A DNA stretch of 64,000 nt from the IMG/VR virus record IMGVR_UViG_3300029590_000324; one strand, 5' to 3'. This document shows positions 25,991 through 34,902 of the stretch, piece by piece. This DNA is from a virus. Lineage: Duplodnaviria; Heunggongvirae; Uroviricota; Caudoviricetes. The notes under the pieces are model-generated. The model had not been told where the DNA came from, ran no database searches, and worked only from the letters and a program-made list of their open reading frames with translations. Both the position numbers and the translations under genes were made by a program. The first letter of the stretch is position 1, and the number at the start of each line of letters is the position of its first letter.

Positions 25991-26418
25991 TGACACCAAC
26001 AGTAAAAGAAGACGATGCTTTCGTAGATGGTTTTCTGTATAAGCGTCTCAGAGATGCCTACGTGGAGCATGACCGCTTGATAATTGCATATGACCTTGAC
26101 GATACAGTGAGGCCATATAAAAGCGAATGCTGTGATCACACGAAGAACTTGATACGCAAAGCAAAAGCGGTTTTGAACCCCTATTTCATCGTGTTTACAG
26201 CCAATCCTCACAACGAAAAGAATATCCAGTTTCTTCATGATGAGAACCTTCCATTCGATACTATCAACGAGAATATCCCGGAAATTGGCAGATATGGAGA
26301 CGGTTTGAAGATATATTATAACCTATTTCTTGATGATAAGGCCGGACTTTTCGAGGCTTGTAATGCCCTGGCAACACTTTGTTGGCAAGTGGAAATGGGA
26401 TATGTAAATAAGGAGTGA
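25990..26418 (+). CDS. HAD-superfamily phosphatase-like protein (142 aa)
   Basis: Motif I IAYDLDDTV (DxDxT); sits within the NAD module. Confidence 0.45.
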   Translation: MTPTVKEDDAFVDGFLYKRLRDAYVEHDRLIIAYDLDDTVRPYKSECCDHTKNLIRKAKAVLNPYFIVFTANPHNEKNIQFLHDENLPFDTINENIPEIGRYGDGLKIYYNLFLDDKAGLFEACNALATLCWQVEMGYVNKE

Positions 26419-26422
26419 TATT

Positions 26423-26797
26423 ATGGCACAAATTGGAATCAGAAACAGTTGTAAAACAGTCAAATTAAAAAATATACCAGTCGGAAATTTATTTATGAAG
26501 AATGGTTCTTACTATATCAATACTGATATGAGCTTAGCAATGAGAAAGCGTATTCTTGAACTTACTGGTGTTGATATAATGATTGACGGGAAGACATTTA
26601 AGTCAACATACCAGATAATGCTCGAGATAGCTGACAAGTGGTCTGAACTTTCTGACGTCGACAGGACTGCATTGCTTGAAATGAATGGCATTACTAAGCG
26701 TTCTTGTGTTGTCAATCTTCAATCTGGGATAGCTTCCTATATGAGTGATGACGAAATCGTAATAAAAATCAATAATTCTATAACTTTGGACGAATGA
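26423..26797 (+). CDS. hypothetical protein (124 aa)
   Basis: ORF within the NAD module; no known motif. Confidence 0.45.
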   Translation: MAQIGIRNSCKTVKLKNIPVGNLFMKNGSYYINTDMSLAMRKRILELTGVDIMIDGKTFKSTYQIMLEIADKWSELSDVDRTALLEMNGITKRSCVVNLQSGIASYMSDDEIVIKINNSITLDE

Positions 26798-26809
26798 GGA
26801 GAAATTAAG

Positions 26810-27625
26810 ATGAATGATTTTAATGCAAAGAAGATAACTTCCAAGATTATCAACTGGATCCGTTGGTACTTTGACAAGAACGGCGATGAGAACACAACTG
26901 CCGTCGTCGGTGTTTCGGGCGGCAAGGATAGTTCGGTAGTGCTTAAGCTGTGTGTTGAAGCACTTGGTCCCGAGAGAGTAATCGCAGTGCTGCTCCCCAG
27001 AGGCGAACAGAATGATATCAGATATTCTTATACAGCTTATACTGTATGCGGAATTCCTGATACGAATATTTATGAAATTAACATCAATAAAATATGCGAG
27101 GCATTTGATTTCAAACTGTTTAGCTATAGTCGTCTGCCTCAAACATGTGATCAAAGAAACATTGATTGCATGAAAACCAACTATCCTGCAAGAATTCGTA
27201 TGACTGTTCTTTATGGCATAGCTGCTCTTAGGGGCGGCAGAGTAGCCAATACCTGCAATCTCAGTGAAGATTGGGTCGGCTACGCAACCAAGTTCGGTGA
27301 TGGTGCAGGTGATTTCAGTCCTCTCCACGATTTTACAGTACAGGAAGTTAAGGCAATCGGCAGAGAGCTTGGGCTTCCCAGCTGTCTGATCGATAAGGTG
27401 CCTACCGACGGTCTCTGCGGTAAGACTGATGAGGAGAATCTCGGATTTACATATGAGACACTCGATAAGTATATCCGTACAGGCGAATGTGACGAAGACA
27501 CAAAGAAGATTATAGACGGAAAGCATTATGCAAATCTTCATAAGCTGAAGCCTATGCCTAAGTTCAGATACAGACCCGATCTTGACGGAAAGGCGGAGAA
27601 GAACAATGAAGTCACATCAGATTGA
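26810..27625 (+). CDS. nadE: NH3-dependent NAD+ synthetase
   Basis: PP-loop VVGVSGGKDSSVV; 271 aa, typical NadE length; GAGGAG RBS. Confidence 0.7.
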   Translation: MNDFNAKKITSKIINWIRWYFDKNGDENTTAVVGVSGGKDSSVVLKLCVEALGPERVIAVLLPRGEQNDIRYSYTAYTVCGIPDTNIYEININKICEAFDFKLFSYSRLPQTCDQRNIDCMKTNYPARIRMTVLYGIAALRGGRVANTCNLSEDWVGYATKFGDGAGDFSPLHDFTVQEVKAIGRELGLPSCLIDKVPTDGLCGKTDEENLGFTYETLDKYIRTGECDEDTKKIIDGKHYANLHKLKPMPKFRYRPDLDGKAEKNNEVTSD

Positions 27626-27905
27626 AACAGTTGATAACAATATCGCAAAGCTTCAGGCAGTTTATAAGACACAACTGCAGAAGCAGTTTAATATTGGCTT
27701 TTCTTATGGCAGCCAGGCTTTTTGTCAGGTCATTAAGGATAAAATCAACGGATTTACAGGTGATGATAGATCAGCATTGATTGCAGATATATCGAACTTT
27801 GTAGATATAACGCTCAAGAATTCACCACAGGAAATTCAGAAGGCGATAGAAGAAACACAGAAAAGAGCAAACTGTTTGCTCGGAAAGGACAATGCGAATG
27901 AATAA
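27606..27905 (+). CDS. hypothetical protein (99 aa)
   Basis: Start chosen at the internal ATG with a GGAG RBS. Confidence 0.4.
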   Translation: MKSHQIETVDNNIAKLQAVYKTQLQKQFNIGFSYGSQAFCQVIKDKINGFTGDDRSALIADISNFVDITLKNSPQEIQKAIEETQKRANCLLGKDNANE

Positions 27906-29040
27906 TAGATTTAACTTTGTGGGAAACATATCGATTCCCAAGGAAACTTCAAAGAAGCCTTTGCTGTCAACAAAGACAATTGAGTATGTGAGAAATGGTA
28001 AGAAAAACTCTATGGAGCTGACTTCGCTGAACTTTGGTATCAAGGAAAGCGACACCAATATGGCATTTATGGAGGTGTCGGATAGCCCCAGAAGCATTAT
28101 CAAGTCAAAAGACACTGATAATAACGATATTGAAATTGATTGGGACGATCGCAAGGATCCCGATATTGTTGCAACAGTTGCAAATTACAGAAAGTACATT
28201 GTTAATCTGGGCGAAGAGTTTGATGGCCGTCAGGAATTTCTCACGCAGTTTGATATGATTGAATTTCTTGCAGAGAAGCTTCCTGAATACAAGGGCAAGA
28301 TTCTTGCTGTGGGCGATTACCAGAAGACATATTCGAAGGGTAAATGGTATGAAAAGTTCAGACTTCAGAACCTGTACGCTGTCGAAGAGGATAGAAAGAG
28401 CAGACTCGGACTGACGTTTGATTTCTACTATAACAAGGACAGTATTGATAAGACTGATTTCAAGGATGAAAAGAAAATCTATCTTGATGGATATATTAAA
28501 CAGTACATAAACAAGGATGAGGGCAGTAAGTATATTCCCATGCAGCTTGTATTCAACGCAAGCAAGTATGATATGGAAAACGAAAAGCATAAGCAGTTGT
28601 TTGATTATAAGATGTCATATATGGACATTAAGAATAAGAATATGTGTCATCTTGCTTGGGAAGTGGTTCTTCTCAGGGGCGCTGAAGCTGTTGATTTTAC
28701 ATATGATATGCTAACCCCTGCTCAGAAGATGCAGGTTGACCTTGGTGTCAGGGAGCTTGACGATTTTAAGCCCAAGAATGGTGTACTTGGAGATAAAGTA
28801 AACGAGTACAGAGTTTTTGAGCCTGTACTGAAAGACTTCGGCAAGGGCGATGATTTCTCTGATGGACTGGTCGAACTTGATATGAAGATGTCTGAGTTCG
28901 AAGGCGAGATTTATGTGCCTAATGCCGTCGAAGAAAAGCTTGACGAAACCGAGGATGAGCCCAAGAAGTCAGCGAAGAAAGTCGATGATGATGTTCCCAA
29001 GGCTGACGGACAAGATGACGAGGCTTTTGACTTGTTCTAA
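27892..29040 (+). CDS. hypothetical DNA-binding protein with acidic C-terminal tail (DDEAFDLF); possible SSB-like or annealing protein
   Basis: Acidic C-terminal tail resembles SSB-type interaction tails; located just upstream of the recombination/replication genes. Confidence 0.3.
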   Translation: MRMNNRFNFVGNISIPKETSKKPLLSTKTIEYVRNGKKNSMELTSLNFGIKESDTNMAFMEVSDSPRSIIKSKDTDNNDIEIDWDDRKDPDIVATVANYRKYIVNLGEEFDGRQEFLTQFDMIEFLAEKLPEYKGKILAVGDYQKTYSKGKWYEKFRLQNLYAVEEDRKSRLGLTFDFYYNKDSIDKTDFKDEKKIYLDGYIKQYINKDEGSKYIPMQLVFNASKYDMENEKHKQLFDYKMSYMDIKNKNMCHLAWEVVLLRGAEAVDFTYDMLTPAQKMQVDLGVRELDDFKPKNGVLGDKVNEYRVFEPVLKDFGKGDDFSDGLVELDMKMSEFEGEIYVPNAVEEKLDETEDEPKKSAKKVDDDVPKADGQDDEAFDLF

Positions 29041-29744
29041 TGGGCAAGTTTAAGGACTTGACCGGTCAGAAATTTGGTCGTCTGACCGTAATTGAAAGAG
29101 CTGGCTACAAATATGGAAGAACGGCTTGGCTGTGCCGGTGTAGCTGCGGAAATCCCCAACTGGTAATTGTTACTGGACACGATTTAAATATGGAAAGAGT
29201 AAAGTCGTGTGGATGTATTTTAGGAAGTAATAATTTTGACATTTCCGGCAGTCATGGTATTGGATATACAAATAAAAACGAGAAATATATATTTGATCGT
29301 GACGATTTTGAACTGATAAATAATGGATGTTGGTATGTAAATGCAAACGGATATTTAACATCGAAAAGAAATAATCAAGCCGTTCTATTTCATCGTATTG
29401 TGACAAATTGTCCAGACAATATGAAGGTTGATCATATCAACCATAATAAATTAGATAATAGAAAAAGTAATTTGAGAATTTGTACAGATTTGGAAAACAG
29501 CAAAAACAAAGGATTGCGCAAGGATAACAAATCCGGTGTAACTGGAGTTAGATGGGATAAACAAAAAAATAAATGGACAGCATCAATCCGATATAATAAT
29601 AACAAAATTTACCTCGGTGGTTATGATGACTTTGCTGAAGCTGTAAAAATTCGAAAAGAAGCAGAAGAAAAATATTTCGGCGAATGGTCTTACGATAATT
29701 CGCAAAAAATATCAAAGGAGAACGATTATGCCAATCGAATATAA
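29040..29744 (+). CDS. HNH homing endonuclease with AP2 DNA-binding domain
   Basis: HNH region HRIVTNCPDNMKVDHINHNKLDNRKSNLRICT; AP2-like GVTGVRWDKQKNKWTASIRYNNNKIYLGGYDDFAEAVKIRKEAE. Confidence 0.7.
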   Translation: MGKFKDLTGQKFGRLTVIERAGYKYGRTAWLCRCSCGNPQLVIVTGHDLNMERVKSCGCILGSNNFDISGSHGIGYTNKNEKYIFDRDDFELINNGCWYVNANGYLTSKRNNQAVLFHRIVTNCPDNMKVDHINHNKLDNRKSNLRICTDLENSKNKGLRKDNKSGVTGVRWDKQKNKWTASIRYNNNKIYLGGYDDFAEAVKIRKEAEEKYFGEWSYDNSQKISKENDYANRI

Positions 29745-30786
29745 GAAAAATAAAGTAAAATGTGACATTGGAAGCTATATACACCTTATCAGAGGTGTGC
29801 GTAAAAGCGGAAAAACAACTCTATTCAGAGATTTACTTCTTGAGGAATATGGGTCAACCGATTATGGTTGCCAGATTGCGATAGGTAACGAAACCGGAGC
29901 TGATGCACTGGATGAGCTCATTTCTGTCCCCGCAGAAGATTGGGCTACTTTAATGGAGATTAAAGAGGATCTTATTGAGAACCGATCAGAACGTGAGTTT
30001 AAGCTTATTTGCCTTGATACTGTGGATGAATTGGTTAAAATTGCTATTGCCGAGATAATGAGACAGCACAAAAAGATTAAGGGAACAGCTGCCGAATCTC
30101 TGAACGCTGCCTTTGGTGGTTATGGTGCTGGCAGAAAAAAAGTTGAAGATCTCATTGATGGTCTTCTTGCAGATTTAAGACATGCAGGATATGGTATTTT
30201 TCTTATTGGACATACCAAGCTTAAAGATGTTAAGGAGAAAAACGGCGACGAATACCAGCAGCTTACATCAAATCTTAATTCTGATTATGATGGCATATTT
30301 GCAAATAAAGCCGATGTTATTATGACAATTTCTATTGATAAAACAATAGAAAATGGAGTAATAACAGGTACTAAGCGTTATATGCACTTCCGTGATGATG
30401 GATTTGTGGACTGTGGTTCTCGTTTCAAGGGTATGGTTGATAAGTGCGAATATGGTGCGAAAAACTACATAGAAGCCTTTGAAAATGGTGTTAAATCCTC
30501 TATGGTTAAGCCTCTTTCTGACAAGGAAATCAAGAAGCAGAAGGAAGCAGAGGAAACAGCAAGAAATAAGGCAGGTCTTGAATTTGCAAAAAATGCAACC
30601 ACTAACAAAATCGACCTTGACCGCAATGAAGAAATCATTGCCGAAATCAAGTCCCGTTTCACCGATGCAACAGAGAAAATTCAGTCTGCCGTCAAGTCTA
30701 AGATGGCTGAAGTCGGTCTTAAGAACTTCAAGGACACCGAAGTCCCCACTGCATCACTTGAAGCAGTGCTTGCAGTGCTTGGTTAA
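29728..30786 (+). CDS. AAA_24/Sak4-like RecA-fold ATPase
   Basis: Walker A GVRKSGKTT; Walker B-like KLICLDTVDEL; size and position typical of phage Sak4-type proteins. Confidence 0.5.
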   Translation: MPIEYKKNKVKCDIGSYIHLIRGVRKSGKTTLFRDLLLEEYGSTDYGCQIAIGNETGADALDELISVPAEDWATLMEIKEDLIENRSEREFKLICLDTVDELVKIAIAEIMRQHKKIKGTAAESLNAAFGGYGAGRKKVEDLIDGLLADLRHAGYGIFLIGHTKLKDVKEKNGDEYQQLTSNLNSDYDGIFANKADVIMTISIDKTIENGVITGTKRYMHFRDDGFVDCGSRFKGMVDKCEYGAKNYIEAFENGVKSSMVKPLSDKEIKKQKEAEETARNKAGLEFAKNATTNKIDLDRNEEIIAEIKSRFTDATEKIQSAVKSKMAEVGLKNFKDTEVPTASLEAVLAVLG

Positions 30787-30792
30787 TGTCCT

Positions 30793-31296
30793 ATGGGTAG
30801 ACCTTGTAAATGTCATATAACAGGCGTTGAAGGGAATACTGACACATTCGTAAAAATCGGAAGATTTTATTATCAGTCTCAGGCGGTATATGATCAATAC
30901 CGCCACGAGATTGATACCCGCAACGCCATTGTATCAAAGATAGCATATGATTTTCTTGGGTATCAAACAGGGCAAAAGTTCCCATCATATATTCAAAAGA
31001 AGTTAAATGAACTGAGCTTTTATAGTTACGACGTAATCCTCAAGACTATTGAAAAGATGCAAGATAATATCCTGCGCTACACAAACAACAAAGAATTTAA
31101 AAACGAATCGGGTAAGATATCGTACATATTCGCAATTATTAGTAACAATATCAATGATGTAAACAAGTCGTATCAATGGAATAAGAAGTGTGAGCAGCAA
31201 AAACATAATACCGAAATTATAGACATTCCTGAATCGGTTCCTGCATCATCAAATGTCAGAGACATAACGTCATGGTTGGACGGTGATGATATTTGA
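30793..31296 (+). CDS. hypothetical protein (167 aa)
   Basis: ATGA overlap with the helicase gene. Confidence 0.45.
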   Translation: MGRPCKCHITGVEGNTDTFVKIGRFYYQSQAVYDQYRHEIDTRNAIVSKIAYDFLGYQTGQKFPSYIQKKLNELSFYSYDVILKTIEKMQDNILRYTNNKEFKNESGKISYIFAIISNNINDVNKSYQWNKKCEQQKHNTEIIDIPESVPASSNVRDITSWLDGDDI

Positions 31297-32768
31297 GCAA
31301 AGAACTAAATGAGTATCCAAAAGAATTAACCGATGGTCGCAATGCAGTCGAGGCAAGTTTTATCTTCTGCCTTTGGAAACAACCAGACCTATATAGTGAT
31401 TACGGTGCTTTAAACGACAATAATGACGAAACGATCAAGACAGAAGATGGAATTTTCTATTATTCTCTTGGCAAACAGCTTTATAAACAGGGTTTCAAGG
31501 CTTTTGATAATGTTTCGATTTATACTTTTCTTGAAGATAAGCCAACAGTAAAAAAACATTTTGAAAAGCTTGGCGGCTATAAGACAGTTGAAGAACTTCG
31601 CAGTCTTGTAGACGTGGAAAACACCGATGCTTATTTTGACCAGATTGCCAAAATGAATACGCTGATGATGCTCCACGATAAAGGCTTTAATGTGCTTGAT
31701 AATGTCAAAAAGCTTATGAAGATGACTAATCAGGAAGTCTATGACTACTATGACTATCTGCTAAATTCTATCAGCTTAAATACGGGACATGACTCAGTAA
31801 TTGAAGATCTTGTTATTGATCAGGCTTATATAGACAAGTGCGATGCAGGCGAGGAAATGGGTTTGAACTATGGTAAGGTTTGTCATATCCTGAATTATCT
31901 TACTATGGGGCTGCCGCTCGGTGAAATGACAATGATTGGCGGCCATTCAGGCACCGGAAAATCAAGTTTTATATTTGAATGTATTGTTCTTCCTCTTGTT
32001 GAGCAGGGGATTAAAGTAGCAATAATCAGCAACGAACAGAAAATTCACTCGTTTCAACAGCTTTTACTTGTACATATTCTTACTCAAGATCTTGACTATT
32101 GGGAACTGACAAGAAAGAAAATAAAAATGGGACATTTTACAGATTCGCAAAAAGAAATGCTTGAACTTGCTCGTCAGATATCAGCTGAGAAATATCCCAA
32201 TATTAAGTTTGTCAAGCTTTTTGATACCGATATGGCAAAAACCAAAAAGATAATTCGTAAGCTCGCTAAGCTTGGCTATCAGGCGGCAATCTATGACACA
32301 CTAAAAGTCGAAGATACTTTTGACCGCTCAACATGGGAACAGCTTCTTATTCAATCCCGTCAGCTTTTTCAGCTTGGAAGCAAAGAGAATATAGCCGTCA
32401 TTACTACATTTCAGCTGGCTCTAAGCACTTTAAATAAGCGTTGGCTCGATGCGGGCTGTCTTTCTAACGGTAAACAGGTTAAGGAAGTATATTCCGAAAT
32501 GATATATCTCCGTCAGTTGTGGGACGACGAGTACACAGGCGAGAAGCATGATTGTAAGGCATATCGATTAAAGCGTGATGCTAATGGCAAGTTAACTAAA
32601 ATCAAAGAGATGATAACGCTTGACAAGGATAAAAAGTATCTTGTAGCATTTCTTGATAAAACCCGTAACGACGAAGATAAGCAAACTGTTCTATATGAAT
32701 GGAATGGCAGATTCAATAAATGGACCGAATTAGGATATTGTACGATATATAACGATCACGCCGCATAG
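31293..32768 (+). CDS. DnaB-family replicative helicase
   Basis: Walker A GHSGTGKSSFIFE in the C-terminal RecA-like domain; ~490 aa with an N-terminal helical domain. Confidence 0.65.
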   Translation: MSKELNEYPKELTDGRNAVEASFIFCLWKQPDLYSDYGALNDNNDETIKTEDGIFYYSLGKQLYKQGFKAFDNVSIYTFLEDKPTVKKHFEKLGGYKTVEELRSLVDVENTDAYFDQIAKMNTLMMLHDKGFNVLDNVKKLMKMTNQEVYDYYDYLLNSISLNTGHDSVIEDLVIDQAYIDKCDAGEEMGLNYGKVCHILNYLTMGLPLGEMTMIGGHSGTGKSSFIFECIVLPLVEQGIKVAIISNEQKIHSFQQLLLVHILTQDLDYWELTRKKIKMGHFTDSQKEMLELARQISAEKYPNIKFVKLFDTDMAKTKKIIRKLAKLGYQAAIYDTLKVEDTFDRSTWEQLLIQSRQLFQLGSKENIAVITTFQLALSTLNKRWLDAGCLSNGKQVKEVYSEMIYLRQLWDDEYTGEKHDCKAYRLKRDANGKLTKIKEMITLDKDKKYLVAFLDKTRNDEDKQTVLYEWNGRFNKWTELGYCTIYNDHAA

Positions 32769-32776
32769 GAGAAGCT

Positions 32777-33799
32777 ATGAACGTAATTACTATAACAGAA
32801 TTTTTATCCAGCCATCCCGATTCTGTCAGTGAAATCCTTGAAGACATAGGCTTTTCAAATATCAAATTTGACGCCATTAAAAAGCAGTTTCGCTTTGCAA
32901 GGGGAGAGGGCAATAATCCTACATCTATCCTTATGAATTTGGACACGCTGAAATACTTCTGCTTCAGCACCAACAGTAAGGGTAATCTCTATACTCTTGT
33001 AATGGAACGAGAGGGAATGTCGTTTCCCGAATGTCTCAGATACATAGCAAAGAAAATTGGTATTCAAGCAACGAGTGCTGTCAGCAATATTAAACTTCCG
33101 TTTGGAGGTTTCTTTAAAAGTCTCCATAAAGAAGTCGCCGAGCCGGAGAGTGTGGTGCAGACATACTCTCCCTCGGTATTAAATGATTTTGTCAATATTC
33201 CTAATATGCTTTTCTTCAACGATGGCATCAATTTTGAAGTGCAGTCGGAGTTTAATATCGGTTATGACATTGAGACGAATCGGATAACAGTTCCAATCTG
33301 GACATTCAAGGGCGAATTATGTGGAATAATGGGAAGACTTAACGATAAGAACTGCGCTCATGAGGATAGATGGCTACCAATTATTCCGTGTTCGAGAAGT
33401 CTGACGCTCTTTGGATTTCATCGGAATTATCAAACGATACAAGAAAAGAATTTATGTATTATATGCGAGTCAGAAAAGGCTCCCATGCAAGCGGCCTCAT
33501 TTGGGTGTAATTGTGTTCTTGGTTCTTCGGGCTGTCATATCAGTCAAACGCAATCAAAATATATAAAGTCATTGATGACAGATAAAGTGATCGTCGCCTT
33601 CGATGAGGGGCTGGATGAAGAATTTGTGAGAGATGAAGCCAGTAAGCTTGTCTGTGATAATTCCATTTTAAAGAATAAAGTCGGATATATCTGGGATGAT
33701 GATAACGAAATTCTGGAGAAAGACAAAAAGCAATCAATAACAGATTTAGGCAAAGATAAATTTGCTTATGCAATAAATAAGAAAGTGAAGTGGTTGTAA
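32777..33799 (+). CDS. DnaG-like primase (TOPRIM)
   Basis: N-terminal segment resembles the primase zinc-binding fold but lacks the Cys ligands; central ICESEKA and VIVAFDEGLDEE fit the TOPRIM E...DxD pattern. Confidence 0.45.
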   Translation: MNVITITEFLSSHPDSVSEILEDIGFSNIKFDAIKKQFRFARGEGNNPTSILMNLDTLKYFCFSTNSKGNLYTLVMEREGMSFPECLRYIAKKIGIQATSAVSNIKLPFGGFFKSLHKEVAEPESVVQTYSPSVLNDFVNIPNMLFFNDGINFEVQSEFNIGYDIETNRITVPIWTFKGELCGIMGRLNDKNCAHEDRWLPIIPCSRSLTLFGFHRNYQTIQEKNLCIICESEKAPMQAASFGCNCVLGSSGCHISQTQSKYIKSLMTDKVIVAFDEGLDEEFVRDEASKLVCDNSILKNKVGYIWDDDNEILEKDKKQSITDLGKDKFAYAINKKVKWL

Positions 33800-34891
33800 A
33801 TGGGGCAGAGAGAATTAGACCCTCGATTAAAAGCATTGTTCGATGCCAAGAAAAAAGTGTATTCTATTTCAAAGCTTAATACAATCGACCAGTGTGAATA
33901 TCAGGCGTATTTATCATATGTCAAGCATGCAAAACAGAGCAGCAGCTGTTATAGTATCCTTGGTACGAGAATCCACGATTGCCTTGAGGCAATTATGAAC
34001 GGCGAGAGCACTGAAGCAGCTCTACTTCCTGCTCTTAATAAGGAGCTTGAAGATATGGATATGCTTGGAATTGATTTTCCCAACGATAGAAACGGTGGTA
34101 CGAGCATTCGTGACAACTGGATAGCTGATATGAAAGATTTTTGTACAGGCTTCGTAAAGCCAAAAGGAAAGTTTGAGACAGAACAGTTGTTTATATACGA
34201 TTGCGGCGATCAAACCCATTATCTTCAAGGCTATATCGACCTCATTAGGTATAACAATGATGGCACATTGAGTATCTTTGACTGGAAAACGTCATCACAG
34301 TTTACGGCAAAGGATTTGATCCACCATGGCAGACAGCTTGTACTTTATGCAATGGGCAAAGAACAGGAAGGCTATACTGTTAAAAATGTTGCTTGGATAA
34401 TGCTCAAATATGCCGAAGTCAGTTGGAACGGTAAGGCTCGTAAAAATGCTAAAACAGAAACTCGCATTAAGAAGATATTCAATAGAAGCAAAATACTTAA
34501 AGAGCTGAAACCGTATCTCGAATCGGATCTTGAAAATCTTGGCTTTACGGAAATTGATATTGAGATGATACTTGATGATGCTGTAAAACGTAATTCTTGG
34601 GACAAGCTTCCCGAAGAGGTTCGTAAAAAGTACACGATTAAGCCTTATGTCAGATGGTATGAGATAACTGATGAACTTAAGCAGGAGACATTGGATTATA
34701 TAAAAAACCGTATTGAGCAATTTGAAAGTAAGAGCGATAATGAAGTTGACTGGGAACCTGTTGAAATTGATAAATCGTCAGAGTTTTTTTGCAGCGTTTT
34801 ATGTGGATACAAACATATTTGCAAGTATATTGCTGATTATAAGTGCACTAAGGAAGAACTTAAGCAGAACGATGATGACGATTTGTTTTAA
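33800..34891 (+). CDS. PD-(D/E)XK Cas4/RecB-family exonuclease with Fe-S Cys cluster
   Basis: IDLIRYNNDGTLSIFDWKTS (D..DxK), RQLVLYAM (QxxxY), N-terminal Cys plus C-terminal CSVLCGYKHIC. Confidence 0.6.
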   Translation: MGQRELDPRLKALFDAKKKVYSISKLNTIDQCEYQAYLSYVKHAKQSSSCYSILGTRIHDCLEAIMNGESTEAALLPALNKELEDMDMLGIDFPNDRNGGTSIRDNWIADMKDFCTGFVKPKGKFETEQLFIYDCGDQTHYLQGYIDLIRYNNDGTLSIFDWKTSSQFTAKDLIHHGRQLVLYAMGKEQEGYTVKNVAWIMLKYAEVSWNGKARKNAKTETRIKKIFNRSKILKELKPYLESDLENLGFTEIDIEMILDDAVKRNSWDKLPEEVRKKYTIKPYVRWYEITDELKQETLDYIKNRIEQFESKSDNEVDWEPVEIDKSSEFFCSVLCGYKHICKYIADYKCTKEELKQNDDDDLF

Positions 34892-34902
34892 GGAGTGGTT
34901 TG

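Noticed and set aside
26603-27541. 312-aa minus-strand ORF overlapping nadE and the upstream gene
   Set aside because: Antisense to two genes with good motifs and RBSs (NadE PP-loop SGGKDSS); Cys-rich low-complexity translation; shadow ORF.
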